The translations under genes were made by a program, and so were the position numbers. The notes beneath the pieces are model-generated. The model was not told the origin of the DNA, did not search any database, and saw only the letters and a list, made by a program, of their open reading frames with translations. DNA of 64,000 nucleotides from NCBI GenBank assembly GCA_964035545.1, contig OZ037765.1, positions 30,255,504-30,319,503 on the forward strand, written 5' to 3'. How positions within the stretch are numbered: position 1 is the first letter of the stretch; the number at the start of each line of letters is the position of its first letter. Positions 25,488-45,401 of this stretch are shown in pieces. This DNA comes from Bugula neritina. Taxonomy: Eukaryota > Animalia > Bryozoa.

Positions 25488-28400
25488 CTAGGATAAAACA
25501 ATCAATTGACTGCAGGGCTGAGGCTGCTTGGTCTTGAGATATACATTGAGATCAACTCCTAGTTCACTCAACTGCTTCATGTAATCCTGCTCCATGGCAT
25601 CCTTTTTCGATTGTATGTCTACAATAATAGGGCTAATTGAGCACCAACAAATCTACCCCCCCCCCCTCGATGTCAAATACAGACTCGTAGATTACAACCA
25701 AGTTGATGAGAACACGACATATTTTGCACTTGGAGTTGTTTTGGAAAGTGTCCTAACAAACTTGTAAATTACTAATACCTCTATTTTTAAAAAAAATTTA
25801 ATAGGAAAAAATCTAATTTACTGGAGTGAAAACTTCTTAATAAGTCTATTACCATGATGCCAAATGGAGACACGCAACACAGCACAACCAAATTGAAGAG
25901 AACATGACATTTGTACTTCTGGTTGTTTAAGAGGTCTCTTAACAAACTCATTCTTACACCAACTTTTACTTGAGGCTTTTTTATAAGCAAAGTCTGATTT
26001 AATATGATACAGAAGTTGAAATATTACTTGTACTGCATACATACTATAGGCTATGAAAGAAGGCAATATATCTACCTGTTTGAGCCTCCTGTTTCATATT
26101 GTCTATGATTAACGACTGGGCATGTTCTGCATTTGCAATGTGAGCTTCGTGCTGACTCCTGAGTAAGGTTAACTGTTGATTGTGCTGCTCCTTCATGTCA
26201 TCAATTTCATTTTCTGTCAATATGAAGTAAATTAATATTTAATATATTATTACGTAAAATACTTAAAGTGTGTTTAAAGCCACCACCATCTTTGTGAAAA
26301 AAATCCTGATGATTGGAACTTTTTAAGATCGAGCTAAGGACTTGTTTCTAATGTTTCACAGAAGCAGTTATGACCGAATGCCTTTCTTAACATCAATGCT
26401 GGTGTTTGGACTCGAACCACTGGCCTCGTGTTTTACTATGTACATAATACTAATACAGTAAAAGATAAGTTTGCATTACCGTATAAATAATATTGGTAAA
26501 CTATAAGGAAAAGCAATTCAATTATTAAAGAAAATAAGACCTTTTATTGTATTTTTGCTGATATATCAGTATAAAAAAACATTTCCAATTTACTAAACAT
26601 TGGAACATAAAGTAAAGCATCTCTGATCCATGTTACAAAGCTATCACTTACTTTCTTCCACCCTGTTCTGTTGTTTGGAGAGTTGGAAATCTTTCTTCTT
26701 CTGCTGCATGGCTTGAACTTCATGCTGTAACCGCATGTTGGTTCTATTCTCAATGTTTTTATCATGCATGGCCTGCCATTAATAAAAAGGAATTCAACAA
26801 TATCAGAGATGTGGAGATAACTGCGACATGATGAGGAACAGTAGACAAGTGCCGAGTATCAAATGAACAGACAACTTCTGTTAAACTACTCTATCATGTG
26901 GAAATAGTACTGTAACAAACTGACAACAATTGTTTTTAGTAAGTAAAATCCAATACTGCACGCGAACTGTATATCATTTGCTCATCCAGCATATTTCTAC
27001 CTGTTACTTGGGAGTCGTCATATATTTAAAAGTAAAGTTTTCTATTTCACGACATTTTGTAATCATTTCCTGCAACATTAATACTTGTGATCGGAAACAA
27101 AGAGTCTTGATTTAACAACAAAAATCTATTATATCGCGTCAAGTTTACATACCATTTTGAGAATTTAGGTGTAGCAAATAACAGTATTACAGTTGAGCAC
27201 AAATTTGTTTTAAAAAGTCACTAGTCTCAAATATTCATGGAATAAAAGCCTATGTGCCTTGTTATAGCAATATTTAAGGGTGCAACTTAGCCATATTAAT
27301 ACAGCATATAATTTATGTGCAAAAGGTTTAACTACAATTGCAGAAACTAATGCATTCTTACACACACTAGTAATTTATCTAAGAGTATGGACAGAAAACA
27401 TTTATTGCAGGGAGTTGTGTCCTCGAAGCGGGTCATACCTGTAGTTTGATAGAAACAGTGTAGCCTCTATAAACTACTTTGTTAAGTCTGTACCCAATCT
27501 TCTCACAGATCTGTAGCAGTTGAGGAAATGTTTCAGTGTCATTCAATTTGTTAGATCCAGCAACAAACCCTTGGAACCTGCAGAAAATATTTTTTTCTAC
27601 AGATTACAGTTTACTAGTAGTAAAACTCACCCTGAACGTCTGCTTGTTATCTGCTTTAATATAAATCTATTATAAGACCTATACTTGCAAGCTTTACAAT
27701 TCAGGCCTGTAGTTTACGAGTTATAAATGCAACAGAATAATCTACCCAATTAAATGTTTACAATGTTGATAGATAATAAGTCACCAGCTAAATATGGTAT
27801 GTGATTACAACGCTAGAAAGCTCATGTAACTTACGTGAGTCTTCCAGCAAACTGAATAACGTCAGCACACATGGCACTACAATGAAATCCATCAAAACTT
27901 TAAAAACATGTTTTGCACACCTGTCCTGCAAATAGGTGTTTCAAGAGTTTAAATTATTAAAAAATTACGAATACTAAAATATTATGCTGAGAAAACATAT
28001 AAAACAATGACACTTCATACTGCAGGTATACCTTACAATTCATGCACACCTTTGACACTCTTTACAACTTTAGAAATAAAACCACCAAACATTGCATTGG
28101 AAAATTCTACCTGCAGTCACCCTTAATGCAACCAGAGAGCTACAGTGAGTTCAAGTTACACCCGACAACTAAAATTTTAATCTACTAGGTTTGCCTAATG
28201 CCATGGAGATACTCAGCTGCATAATAAAAGTAGTTTAAGTATTGGTCAGTGGAAGAAGTTTAAGTATTGGCGAGTGGAAGTAGTTTAAGTATTGGCGAGT
28301 GGAAGTAGTTTGAGTATTGGTGAGTGGAAGAAGTTTAAGTATTGGTAAGTGGAAGTAGTTTAAGTATTGGTGAGTGGAAGTAGTTTAAGTATTGGTAAGT

Positions 28401-30869
28401 GGAAGTAGTTTAAGTATTGGTAAGTGAAAGTAGTTTAAGTATTGGTAAGTGGAAGTAGTTTAAGTATTGGTAAGTGGAAGTAGTTTAAGTATTGGTAAGT
28501 GAAAGTAGTTTAAGTATTGGTGAGTGGAAGTAGTTTAAGTATTGGTGAGTGGAAGTAGTTTAAGTATTGGTGAGTGGAAGTAGTTTAAGTATTGGTGAGT
28601 GGAAGTAGTTTAAGTATTGGTGAGTGGAGGTAGTTTAAGTATTGGTGAGTGGAAGTCGAAAACTCGTTTCAAATTACACGAAGTTACTCACTTCATCATA
28701 TCTGCTATAGGGTCAGATGTTTCTTCCAGCTACAATATAAGAACAATTATATAATTATAAAATATAATAAACTGACACTGAAATAGCACCTGCTACACAC
28801 TAGTTATCTATAGTCATCAATGGATGCAGTTATTTTTAAATTCCCTACAACAATCTCCAATTGGCTCTACTAAAAAATTGTTCCCATTTTCAATCATGAA
28901 AACACAAACAAGCGAGCATGTATTGATTGTTTCACTTACTAACTTTTTACAGTTATTTATAATTTGCCGGTACTTACAAAAAAAAACACTCAGGCAAGTT
29001 TATAGTCGCTATCTTTGTGAGAAACTCCTGATGGAAAGGGTTTTTGCTAGAACAGGCTAAGGACTTGTTTAAATGAGGCACAGGAGCAATTATGACTGGA
29101 TGATTTTCCTAACATCCCCAATGGCCTTTGTCAGGGTTTGACCCCTAGACCACGGCTGCTCCCTTACAGATGCCTATAAATACACACACTTACTACATGA
29201 GCATACTTACTACTTACCATCTTCAGAACATCAACTAACTCATAGTAAACCATTAGCTTAACCACCATTTTCGTGTCATCCAAAGTCCGTACTTCGTTTA
29301 TTTTGTCTGAGAAATGGCCCGGCATCATTGGCAGCTGGGTGATAGTGCGCGCTGCCCGAATCATGTGATCTGACTCATTTTTATCCTGACCATGCCATTC
29401 AAACTTGTGTATCCTAAGCATAAGCACACAAAGATTAAACACAATTCATATAACACAACAATTACCTGCATTCACTGTAAATATGTAGAATCAATGGGAC
29501 ATTTTATACTCCAAAACTACTGTAGAAGATAAGAAAAATTATACATATCAATTTACAATAAATTTTTTTACATTTGGGTAATTTATTTATTACACACTTA
29601 TTGCATTTCGACTAATGATAACCTAAATTATTCATTAAAGAGCAGAAATAATAGTCCATATTATATAGAGAGTATATAGAGTAGAGTACAATGCATAGTC
29701 ACCATTCATTGGCTGCGGGTATGAAAACTGTGGGTCCCTCGACAATCCTTCTAATCACCTGATCTCCATTATTTCTGTATACAACTATCACACAATGACT
29801 GTCTATTTTTATGGCTTCTTTAACCTTCAGAGATGTTAGCTCCAGAGGGTTCAAAAACATCTCACAGGGTCTATCAAAAGTCATTATTTATATTCACTAT
29901 ACATAATTAAATTCTTGTGAAAACTCGTGAATATGATCTTTGTATAAAAAACAATTTTTAGTACTATGAGTATTTAATAATTAGCAAGTTTAACCCCACA
30001 CACGCGCACATGTAATTGAATTGAGAATATTGAGTGAAAAATGCCTGTTAGCAAAATAAAAATTTTAATACAACTGATAATAAATGACTTATAATTACCC
30101 AGGAACATGCGTTACATTTCCAACATTATCTTTCAGTTCCAGATATTCATACTGAGAGGCTGTTTTCCTTTCCAGCATCACTAAACGGTCCCGAAATATA
30201 AATACCTAAAACAATGAATACATAAATTGAAAAATATTCATACGATAAGAAGTATAACATGCTATTAGGAGGGTTTAAAACCCTACAACACCAACTTGGG
30301 TGAGCATTATAGGGTAATCTCTTACCCACTACACTACTGGCCTTTTTTATGTTAATTTGGTAGTGATTATGAGCACACTACTATGTGAAGTGGTGCAGTA
30401 AAGGTTTAAATCCCATTGTCAGCATGCCAGTTTTGTCAGTAACTTTACATAGGAAAATAACAAATATAAGACAAAATAAGTTCCCTCTGGAACACATTAT
30501 TAAATCGACTTTAAAAATTATTTAAGTTGACAAAAGAAAACGTGAAACAGACAGAGAACTTGATTCAAAAATATGTTGACTATAATGATCCCTGAATAAA
30601 ATACATGAGCATTTTTGCTTACAGCTGTGTTGTTAAAAGCACTCGATATGAACTACTATAACAGTAAAAATATATTGATCACTATAATCACAAACATTGA
30701 GTCACATAATTAACCAGATAAATGACTGTCAGATGCCACCATTTCAAAATAATCCATCAAAGTGAACTATAACCATACATACTCTTTTAGGGCCTTTGAT
30801 TAGAGTCCCTTCCCCAAGATAGTTGAACAGGACGGCCTGCTCACCTTCTCTTACAGTCTTGAATTTCAT
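25488..30869 (-). CDS. Major-vault-protein-like / SPFH-domain protein, 10 exons, 388 aa
   Basis: Exons 30869-30783, 30205-30099, 29870-29703, 29413-29218, 28729-28692, 27876-27835, 27577-27439, 26772-26652, 26213-26076, 25618-25488 total 1167 nt, are all GT-AG and are phase-consistent. Three GP-containing beta repeats, then an SPFH-like EVRTLDDTKMVVKLMVYYEL...SDPIADMMNAMCADV, then a Q/E/K-rich coiled coil. Confidence 0.85.
28229..28656. repeat. 25-bp minisatellite (GTAGTTTAAGTATTGGTGAGTGGAA), ~17 copies, intronic
   Basis: Direct tandem repeats. Confidence 0.95.
28990..29163 (-). mobile_element. tRNA-derived SINE, family A, with internal head deletion, in intron 4 of the MVP-like gene
   Basis: Reverse complement matches 4743-4957. 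Confidence 0.8.
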
Positions 30870-31169
30870 TTCCGGCACTTATGATAAAAAACATAAAAGT
30901 ATAAGATATATACCTAATAAATTTATCTAATCCAATTTTGATAATTACAAATTTATAATTTTGATCTAATTAAAAGTTATCTAATTTCTTTACAGCTGTG
31001 ATTGTAATATCATTTAGGTAGATTATTCAAACTACTACTAGTACTACTGTCACCTAGTATTTTTATATGATAGTATTTCGCATTGTATTATGATTGATAT
31101 TTCGTAGGTAAAAAAACTTTTGAAACAATCAAAATTTAATAGTAAATGAAAAATACTAAATTTTTAGAC

Positions 31170-31850
31170 TTATAATCATAAGCCATCACTATCAGTATCA
31201 CTCTGATAATGTGATTGACTTTGAGTATGAGTATGAGTATCACTATCAGTATCAGTATGACTATGAGATATGGGTGTCAGTATGCGCATCAGCATTACTG
31301 CATTAGCCTTTACAGTTACTAATACTATTACTATTAGTAATACAACTACATTACTATTAGTATTACTATTACTATCAGTATGAGTATTACTATTAGTATT
31401 AGTATAACTATAAGTAATACTATTATAATTACTGAATTAGTATTATTATTATTATTAGTATAACATAAAAATTACGATTATCATTATGATTACATTATCA
31501 TTATGATCATTAAAATTACATTTATAGGATTATCAGTATAACTATTATAATGATTTAACTTTAAGTTCAACTTCAACTCCAAGATTAAAAGTAAGAGTAA
31601 GTCTAACGTAACCATAAGTTGGTGAGTAAGACTTGAAACTGAAAGTAACACTTACACTAACAGTAGCACTAACTTGATTAGTAATTCACTAATTCAGTAA
31701 TTGTAAGACTAAGTGTAATCATTACTGTAATGGCATCAGCAACTACATCTACAACTAATAAGTATAACTATACTAATAACCATAATTAATAAGTATTAGT
31801 GTGTTAATTAAATGATAACAGACCAATAAACAATAATTATAATCATTATA
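31170..31850. repeat. Degenerate hexamer tract (AGTATT/ACTATT/AGTATG) in the 5' UTR intron of the MVP-like gene
   Basis: Periodicity is visible. It is bounded by a minus-strand donor CAG|GTATGT at 31911 and an acceptor just before ATG 30869. Confidence 0.75.
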
Positions 31851-31911
31851 AAAAAATTTAGGTTCAACGCAAACTTAAGTTGTTCTTGTTAGTTTTATTA
31901 TTAATACATAC

Positions 31912-32235
31912 CTGCTAAGTTAATTAGTAGCGAGTGTTACAAAGGTACATCTACAACGATCCGATACATTTCGTGTATTACTACTTTAGAGATCCTGTGA
32001 CCTTGACAAAGTCGATAAAGGTTGAAATGTTGAGAAAAATATAATATTTTTAATAATTTCAATTTGTGATGGTAATCGTTCGCTAAACTGAGACAAATTA
32101 AAATAATATATTTGGACACTATTATTGTATTAACGTATTATGACTCGATCTTGTGAATTAAATCAATTAATAGTTTATACCTGTAATTAATTTAACCTTG
32201 TACGGGAGAGATGGTGGCGGATTTGAGATTCCTGA
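31912..32235. promoter_or_regulatory. Putative bidirectional promoter between the MVP-like gene (-) and PRPF6 (+)
   Basis: CpG-containing island between two low-complexity tracts. Contains TGACCTTGA (31998-32006), a weak YY1-like GAGATGGTGGCG (32208-32219) and a minus-strand 5' UTR exon ending at 31912. Confidence 0.5.
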
Positions 32236-32239
32236 GCCT

Positions 32240-32920
32240 AGATAATCATAATGAGTACTCATACTCATAGCCATTCCCATACTCATACTGATACTGATGC
32301 TAGAGTAGTAGCAGTAGATACCGATAGATCTGAGGGTCCCGCAATTAATTTTACTATTAGTATTACTCTCCCCGAGAGGTCTTGAACTTAACCCGATCAA
32401 AATCAAGATAAACTAAAACTTGATTCATAATCAAAATGATAATGATGATCCAGATCATTAACTTTAAGTTGAATTTTTAAGTAATACATTTTAATATATT
32501 AATTTAATTTTATCATCATCATCATGCTCAATCTGAGTTTTAGGGTGATGGTCATGGCGATACTCATAGTCATATTCATAGGTCATAGCCATAGGCATAG
32601 TATTAATTATAGTATTACTATTACTGTATTAGTATTAGTTGTGCTAATAATCCTTCACACTGATAGTCACAGACTTAAACTTAAAGGCAATGAAACCAAG
32701 TGTAATTAGTTAAACTTAAAGTAATCGCATATACTTATACTTATAGTTATACCTATAAGTATAAGTTATAGTTTTACTTACACTTATAGTTATAGTTATA
32801 CTTATAGTTAATGTTGTACTTGTAGGCATGGTGACTGTGAGTGATAGTGAAACTGCTAATATTAATGATGCTAAGACTAATTATAACTGTGCTAATGCAT
32901 AATGATAGTCATTATTACCA
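32240..32920. repeat. Degenerate hexamer tract (ATACTC/ATACTG/TTATAG) upstream of the PRPF6 ATG
   Basis: Visible periodicity. Confidence 0.75.
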
Positions 32921-32970
32921 TCTTACAGCTAAAAAGGTGAATGAAAATTGGTGCAGATTAACAGATCGAT

Positions 32971-40975
<8,005 letters not shown>

Positions 40976-41322
40976 CATTTTGCATCAATTAGCTAGAAGA
41001 GCTGGTTATAGATTTATATATGACTTCTCTACGTGTATATTATCCGTGTAAATATATAGTCTGTTGATATCGTTTCCAAAGTAACTTCAATTTTTTCTCA
41101 ATTTGATAATATTTTTTAGTTATAGATTTAGTGCTTGGTTGTTTTGACTACACACATTGAAACTCCAAGTTGATCTGTCAATTAATAAAATACTATTAGA
41201 GGGAAAATTTATGATGTATTTTTAAAATATTCAAATTTTTATAATGCTTACTTTGCTTGTTATCAAAATAAAAACTGTAAATAAACAAAACAATAATTGA
41301 AGAAAGAACATGCAAATCGCAC

Positions 41323-42654
41323 TCAGCTCATGCTGATGCTGTTTAGCCAGTTTTCCACTCTGTATTTTCTGTTTGGTGTCAGGAGGAGTCCTGGCTTATT
41401 GGTCTTAGCTTTGCACTGCAACACGTCCAAAAACTGTGGCACAGCCGGCTTGTTTTTATGTCCTGTCATTATTACTGGAGTTGTCTCTCCTGAGTCTCTT
41501 GTGCTTATCGTGTTTATCTTTGGCAGCTGACCTTGCTGCTGATCTCTTTTACTGTTACTAGTAACACTGTGTCTGCTGACGATGATCTCTATGCCAGGTT
41601 TAGGCGTGCTGCTGTCGCGCTGCCCCATAGTCATGACATCATTTGTTTTGGGAAGAAGCAGCTGCCTGCGTCGCTCTTCTAATGATGCTTTGTAGTTGAT
41701 TAGAAACTTTTTTTGATCCTCAAGTATCTGTCTGGTTGTTCTTTCTTCTCCATCATTCTGCTGCTGCTGCATTGTGGCTCTGTATCTTCTATTAAAATTT
41801 ACAATGAAATTTACAAGTTTAAGCTGAAGAGTCACATTATGCAAAATACTTCACTGCTGAAAACAACTGCTTTTATATTTTAAAAAGTGGGTTTATTTTT
41901 TAAAAATGTTATAGTCTATTTTGAACTGTGCATAACCAACCCTGAACCCTTTGAAACTGCCTGATTCAGGAATAACCAGTAAAGTTATATAAAATGCATG
42001 ATGAAAGCTATGGCCCCAACTGAAAGTGACATCAAATAGCAAGTGACATCAAGTAGCAAGTGACATCAAGTAGCAAGTGACATCAAGTAGCAAGTGACAT
42101 CAAGTAGCAAGTGGCGTCAACTAGCAAGCGACATCAAATAGCAAGTGACTGTAGGTATTAGGATGTCTACTGATATATAGCAATACTAACCTTCGTACCC
42201 TACCGGTAGAAATGTTTTGCGTTGTAACCAGATAATATTTTCTTTTAGAGTTATTATTGGCGTCATCACCAATTGATTTTAATCTGGAGTGCATTGCATT
42301 TCTCCATTTTTCATGCTTCTGAATATAAATAACATATTGCGGAAAAAGTGTTTTAAAAAATATTGTATCATAGGTTGCTAATGAGCTATAGGGAAGAGTA
42401 AATATTATTATACATGTTAATTTAAGACCTCAACTATGATGTAAAGTACCTATGCAAACATTTGCCTGTACGTATTGGATTTATGTCAAGTTTTTTTGGA
42501 AGTAATAGTAAATTATACTGTTTAATTTACCTTCCAATGTAAGCTCAGTATATGATACAAATAATATAGTTACCTCAATGTTCTCTAGCAGTATATCTAA
42601 CTGTGCTTTAGTAGAGGGTTTAACTGAAGAGGCAGCTGGTATTGCAGGCAGCAT
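41323..42654 (-). CDS. Uncharacterised basic, probably disordered protein, 3 exons, ~224 aa
   Basis: Exons 42654-42574 (MLPAIPAASSVKPSTKAQLDILLENIE), 42318-42191 and 41788-41323 join in frame with GT-AG. No family recognised. Confidence 0.65.
42024..42149. repeat. 17-bp minisatellite (AAGTGACATCAAGTAGC), ~7 copies, intronic
   Basis: Direct tandem repeats. Confidence 0.9.
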
Positions 42655-43972
42655 ACTGGTTAATAGAAAAGCAAAGTGCTGGCATGCATGTCAAATACTC
42701 ATTCTTATTTCTCTCTAAGATTTGTAGTCTAGTAAACGTGTCCTGACAACGTATACCTGTTATTAGTCTAATAAATTTCTTATCATGCTGAGTGATTATA
42801 ATAAGTCTTTACTTTATCAATTAAATAACTTTGTCCACATAATACATTTGACGAAATTGCACTCATTGCGAAGATAAAAGTTGCAGCTTAGGCAAATAAA
42901 TTACTACTTTCTGTAGTGCAGCATAATGTAAGATAGCAATAACCGCGTGCATAGTGTCGCGAGGCAAGTTGCGGCATATATAATGACACTTTTCGATGAG
43001 AAATGCGTGCCAGTAACCACGCGGTCATACTGAGGCAGAAATGCAGACTAACGATTGCATTCCAGTTACAATAGTAATGGTCCCCAAAGAATTTAATTAA
43101 GAAAGATTGCGTGATTATTGAACTATAACTATAGTTTCAGTTCAGTGGTGGTGATTATGTGATTGAGTGGGCGTTGGTTATGTAACTCCTCCACTGCCAT
43201 TCCGACACACAACTCGCTTGAAGCAACTCACTGTGGGTCACTGCTTTTGTTGGTGCAAAATACTGCATGTTAAAATTACAGGCCACCCTGGAGCTTTAAC
43301 TCATTCACAAATCTTCATCGAACTCTGTCCTCAACTTATCTAAGTTCTTTGCAGCAGATAAACCTGACTGTAGTCAGTGCAATTACATCTCATTAAAGAT
43401 TGGAAACAAGTTAATCAATATTGTCTCCTCTAGTTGCAAACTGCTTATAGGAAGTTGGGGAAGCAAGGTGTTGCATGCTTATACATATAAGTAGGAATTT
43501 CAGCATAGCAATTTAAGAGCAACTTCTGGTGATTTTGGCAGCTTTTGTAAACTCTTTGGCGCCATTATCCTTGAAATGGCTTTCAGTAGAAAACAGTTGT
43601 TCACAACTTTTCCGTTATGCATGCATAATGCATATCTAAAACTGGAGTGATTGGGGCAGGGGAAATGAGTTAAAACACTCTTGCACAGGTGACAATCAAA
43701 TTTATAGCATATTACTAAATGTTAGCTAAGTTGTGTTCTCTAGATTACGCACAAGTTTACCTCGTTTCTAAGAGCTGCAGTTGAAGCAGAAGATGTAAAA
43801 CTTATGTGATAGGGCAGGCTGAGCAAGTAAACACTTCCTGACAAACATCGTGAGTCTTTTGAAAAACAGTCAGAAAGGTCAAAAACCTAGCACATGGTGA
43901 AGTTTTAATTTGTAAGCTTTTTGTAGTCTTTTTCTTGAGGACAAAAGTGTTTAGCAAATAATATAATAATAA

Positions 43973-44058
43973 TGTGGTTAGAGCAATGGCTTAGTAAGTC
44001 ATGGGTTCGAATTTTGGTGAAGGCAATTAATGATGTCAGAAAAGACATTTAGTCATTG
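43973..44058 (+). mobile_element. Degenerate SINE family A head
   Basis: GGTTAGAG..GCTTAGTAAGTCATGGGTTCGAAT...TGATGTCAGAAAAGACATTTAGTCAT. Confidence 0.55.
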
Positions 44059-44852
44059 AAAAAAATAATTTTGCCCCCACTGAGACTCCTCCTGCTTGCT
44101 AACCCTAACCGGTTAGACCACAAGGGCTACTGGGTAAACTCAACACTACAGTCATAACTCTTCCCATGCTACTATAAAGACAAGTTCATGGCTCACTTGA
44201 AAAACTCTTACTATAAGAATTCTCACAGGGATAGAGACATTTAAAACAAGCTTGAGTTTTTTAGTTTATAGGCCATTGCTCTTAGAAATAAAATGATAAA
44301 GTATTTCATAACACTCCAACAGTCTTTTTTACTTTTACCACTTCGAGGACGCTGAAAATTCTAAATTTGATCTACAATATAGGCTTTTTATTAAGACATG
44401 ATGTCCATAGAGCAAGATAAGTTGACATAAAACTCTATAATCTTTCACTTATTAAGCGCAATGCCCTTAATTCTCAACAAATGAGCATATAAAAAATTCA
44501 AAGACTTTATCTGATGAAATGCTGTTTAATTGCACAATATTTGAATCTTCCATCATAGTTTTAGTCAAAAATAAAAGAATCAATCAAGCATATATAATAC
44601 TAAAACAAATTGAAATCTGCAGAAAATGATTCTTAACTTTTGAAGATTATTGATTTAACTCTTGGTGACTATCCATTGCACGTATAAGATATTGATTTTA
44701 ATATTGCAGCATCTGCATTGTTATTAAAGGTTTTATAATCTCTACAGAATACACAGATTGGCATCATCATATAGTTTGCAACACTTGACTGGAAAGACGC
44801 TTTAATTCCGATAGGCAACCGCAATTATTTTAAAACTTGTCAAGATAGTGAA

Positions 44853-45359
44853 ATGGGAAGTTCTTCTAGCAAAGCAAACAAGAGCCAACTACAAAGTTCG
44901 AAAACAAATAAATTGACACATGAGTTATCCACATCAGAGAGCATTGACAGTGGTGTATCCAGCCTGGGGAACAGTGGTGGATCTAGTAGAAAGACAATCC
45001 TTCAAAAGCTAAACAAAGTGTCTTCTAGTCAATCTATACAGAGCAATGCAAGCACTCCCACAAACGTCTTTAGCGTTTCAGAATCTAGTAAAAGTAAAAA
45101 TTCTTTATTTTCTACACCATCTAGTTGGAGCCAATTTACAAGGTCAGGGACTGCTAGCTCTTCAGCAACTGATAGTTCAGCACAAGCATCAGTTGGCCAA
45201 ACTTTAGATCATCTTGAAGTATTTGGCATAGAGACAAGTCTATTTAAAGGGCATCCAAAATGGTTGGAAGCAGAAAAAATACTTCAGCGAAACCCTCGTC
45301 TGTTGGTAAGTCACAAAAAGCCGTATGTGTATATGTGGTAGATATTCATGAGGTAAGTC

Positions 45360-45401
<42 letters not shown>

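Noticed and set aside
28990-29163. Pol III element inside the MVP-like gene as a vault RNA
   Set aside because: It is a deleted copy of the dispersed SINE family A found elsewhere in the window.
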